A stretch of 63,729 nucleotides of DNA, the filler included, from Squatina squatina (lineage: Eukaryota), in NCBI GenBank assembly GCA_031763465.1. It is 3 parts of 3 records of this genome, joined end to end, with 100 filler letters (N's around TTAATTAATTAA, not from the genome) between each part and the next. Parts side by side here need not be neighbours in the genome. Positions count along the whole stretch, not along the records: positions 50,732 to 63,729 come from JARFOE010000100.1; 2 more parts are not named here. One strand, written 5' to 3'. The first letter of the stretch is position 1. Every line of letters starts with the position of its first letter. Made by a program: the position numbers and the translations under genes. The notes beneath the pieces were generated by a model. That model made no database searches. It worked only from the letters and a program-made list of their open reading frames with translations, and was not told the DNA's origin. Shown in pieces: positions 61,520 to 63,729 of the stretch.

Positions 61520-61774
61520 TAAAGGGTCGGCCATTTAGGACTGAGATGAAGGGATATTTCTTCACTCGGAGGGTGGTGAATCTTTGGAATTTTCTACCCC
61601 AGAGGGCTCAGTCGTTGAGTATATTCAAGGCAGAGATTGATAGATTTTTGGATATTAAGGGAATCAAGGGATATGGGGATCGTGCAGGAAAGTGAAGTTG
61701 AGGTAGAAGATCAGCCATGATCTTATTGAATGGCGGAGCAGGCTCGAGGGGCCGAATGGCCTACTCCTGCTCCT
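61520..61774 (+). mobile_element. CR1-like LINE 3' end
   Basis: FFTRRVVNLWNFLPQR plus gaatggcggagcaggctcgaggggccgaatggcctactcctgctcct. Confidence 0.85.
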
Positions 61775-63165
61775 NNNNNNNNNNNNNNNNNNNNNNNNNN
61801 NNNNNNNNNNNNNNNNNNNNNNNNNNNNNNNNNNNNNNNNNNNNNNNNNNNNNNNNNNNNNNNNNNNNNNNNNNATAATCTTACCCAAGCATGTTCAGTA
61901 TAGGAGGTAAAATAATTGATGAAATCCCTCATTGACCAAGTTCACATTTACAGACTTTAATTTCCAATGTAAGATGGAACTGCTGTATCCCTTAGTGGCA
62001 TTCATCAATAGGTAGGACTTAACTTTCTTCAAATTATTTATTTAAAACTCTTACAACACTAAAATTATTCACTCATTAGTAACTGGAATCCCATATTCAT
62101 CTTGGTGTTAGAGCGCATTTAGACAAGTAGACAAACTTGGTATAGAGGTTTGGTGACTTTATTGCTTGTGTTAAACAGTCAGGCCCACTTGCCATTTAAC
62201 TTTCATGTTTATTGTATACCTTTGGCCAGCGTGCCACATTGTAATTTAAGAGAGGCAAACTCAGTGTCTCTGACTGTGTCCAGGATCCGACAATTTGTGG
62301 ATTTTGAGGGCACCTGTTGGAGTTGTGGAATATATGGATATTTTCCTGTTGAACCGACTACAGGAATCAGTAGTACACAGGGCAGCAAAAAAGGGAGAGC
62401 AGTCTTTGGAGGTCACAGTTGTCTAATTAAGCTTTAGCTCCCAATATAAAAATGCCTAAATGTGTATCACATGAGCCTTGTATGTAATTTCTGATGTAAT
62501 GAATATTAGGGCATTCAAGCGATTTAAAAAAAATTAATTGGCATTAATTTCGTGATTAAAAATTGTAATTTGTTAATCTTGGTTTTAATCACATTTAATT
62601 GATACAATTACTGCAACCATCTTTTTCAAGTTTGTTTAATATACATTTTAAAAAGTTGGAACAGAACTCCTTTAAATTGATGCAGTATTACTGCAAACTA
62701 TTAGTAAATGAAGGATTAGCTGGAAAAAGGATCACATTTTAATAATGAAAACTGAAAACTAAAAACTAAGCTCTGCTAAATCGTATCACTGCCTCAGCCT
62801 GACACACTGAACTATGTGAAAAGGACATCTAAACCCTGACTTTTTGCTTGAATATTCTGGATATTTTTAATTTAATTTTCTTGTCATACTCATGAATTGA
62901 CTTTGCATAAACTGTTTTGCACGCTACCAGTGTGAAAATAGTTTGGCACTTGCACTGTTTCTCAGCCCAGGTTTTTTTGTAGTATCATTGTGCTTCAGCA
63001 CATCTTTGTGCAGATCAGTTGCAAGTAACATGTCTTTCTGTGATGGTACTCTGAAGTGCTGACCCGCCAAACAGATCTTCGGTCATTTATTCTAAAATTA
63101 TAATATGTAATTGTAATTTGTGGTCACATTTTTCAAAAGTATTGTATTCATTATTTCTATTTTAG

Positions 63166-63277
63166 GCTGATCAGAAAAAAGAATTGGTACAGAATGAAGA
63201 ATCTGATATTGAGAAGAAACGAAGGGAAGCTGAAGCCTTGCTACAGAGCATGGGCATTACATCCGAGCCCTCTATTG
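63166..63277 (+). CDS. DYNC1I2: Cytoplasmic dynein 1 intermediate chain exon, DYNC1I2-like
   Basis: ttttag|GCT...G|gtatgt; [37 protein letters not shown] is closer to DYNC1I2 ([20 protein letters not shown]) than DYNC1I1 (DDSDLDRKRRETEALLQSIG); 112 bp. Confidence 0.85.
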
Positions 63278-63729
63278 GTATGTATGTGGATTTAATTTAC
63301 AAGGTATGTTTCTTTTTGTATGTTCAGGAACACATTTTCTTTCTCTTTGTGAATATTCCAGTAAGTCAATGCAGTTTTTTTTTCATGGAGGTCAATTCAA
63401 AATGAATTTGATAAAGATTAAAAATTGCTGCTTATTAATTACCTACAATGGGAGTAGCATAATTCATTACACTTCACTAATTATAGACCTTCCATGCACT
63501 TTATTCCTTGAGCAGCTGAGTGTTAAACATAAGAAACTATCTTTTAAATCATTGCAGTGTGTACCCAAGGTATATTTGATTTATATTCGTTTTTACCTGA
63601 TGTCAGATTTGTTTGACACAACTGTCTAAACATGCCATATGTTAATCAGAGTGAAGGTTCAACAGATTCTAATTATTTTTGGCTTACTGAAATATTGAAC
63701 TGAAATTTTATATTTTTACCATTTTATTT

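Noticed and set aside
1-63729. CRISPR arrays, tRNA/rRNA genes, prokaryotic operons
   Set aside because: Spliced vertebrate genes and vertebrate retroelements throughout; no repeat-spacer array or intact structural RNA gene recognised

Overview
Vertebrate genomic DNA, very likely a cartilaginous fish (shark/ray; inferred from the CR1/L2/Penelope/Deu-SINE repeat repertoire and the divergence of the exons). It comes from a heavily gapped draft assembly with many fixed 100-N gaps. Two artificial N44-TTAATTAATTAA-N44 linkers (25483-25582, 50632-50731) split it into three probably unrelated pieces. Piece 1 (1-25482) has seven coding exons of ATG13 (minus strand, start codon to stop codon, several internal exons missing) head-to-head with at least seven exons of AMBRA1 (plus strand, partial). 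Piece 2 (25583-50631) has no recognisable host exon; it holds transposon relics, a Penelope-type hammerhead-ribozyme motif, enhancer-like homeodomain-site clusters and a 4.9-kb degenerate hexamer satellite. Piece 3 (50732-63729) has the signal-peptide and first VWA exons of a collagen XXVIII-family gene (minus), a decayed Harbinger transposase and one exon of a DYNC1I2-like dynein intermediate chain (plus). Most ORFs in the supplied track are spurious. I found no clearly new biological system. The best leads are the probable COL28 ohnolog, the hammerhead motif, the conserved ATG13 cassette exon, a candidate extra AMBRA1 exon and the satellite. Protein comparisons are from memory of the human/fish sequences, not from a database search; repeat boundaries are approximate.
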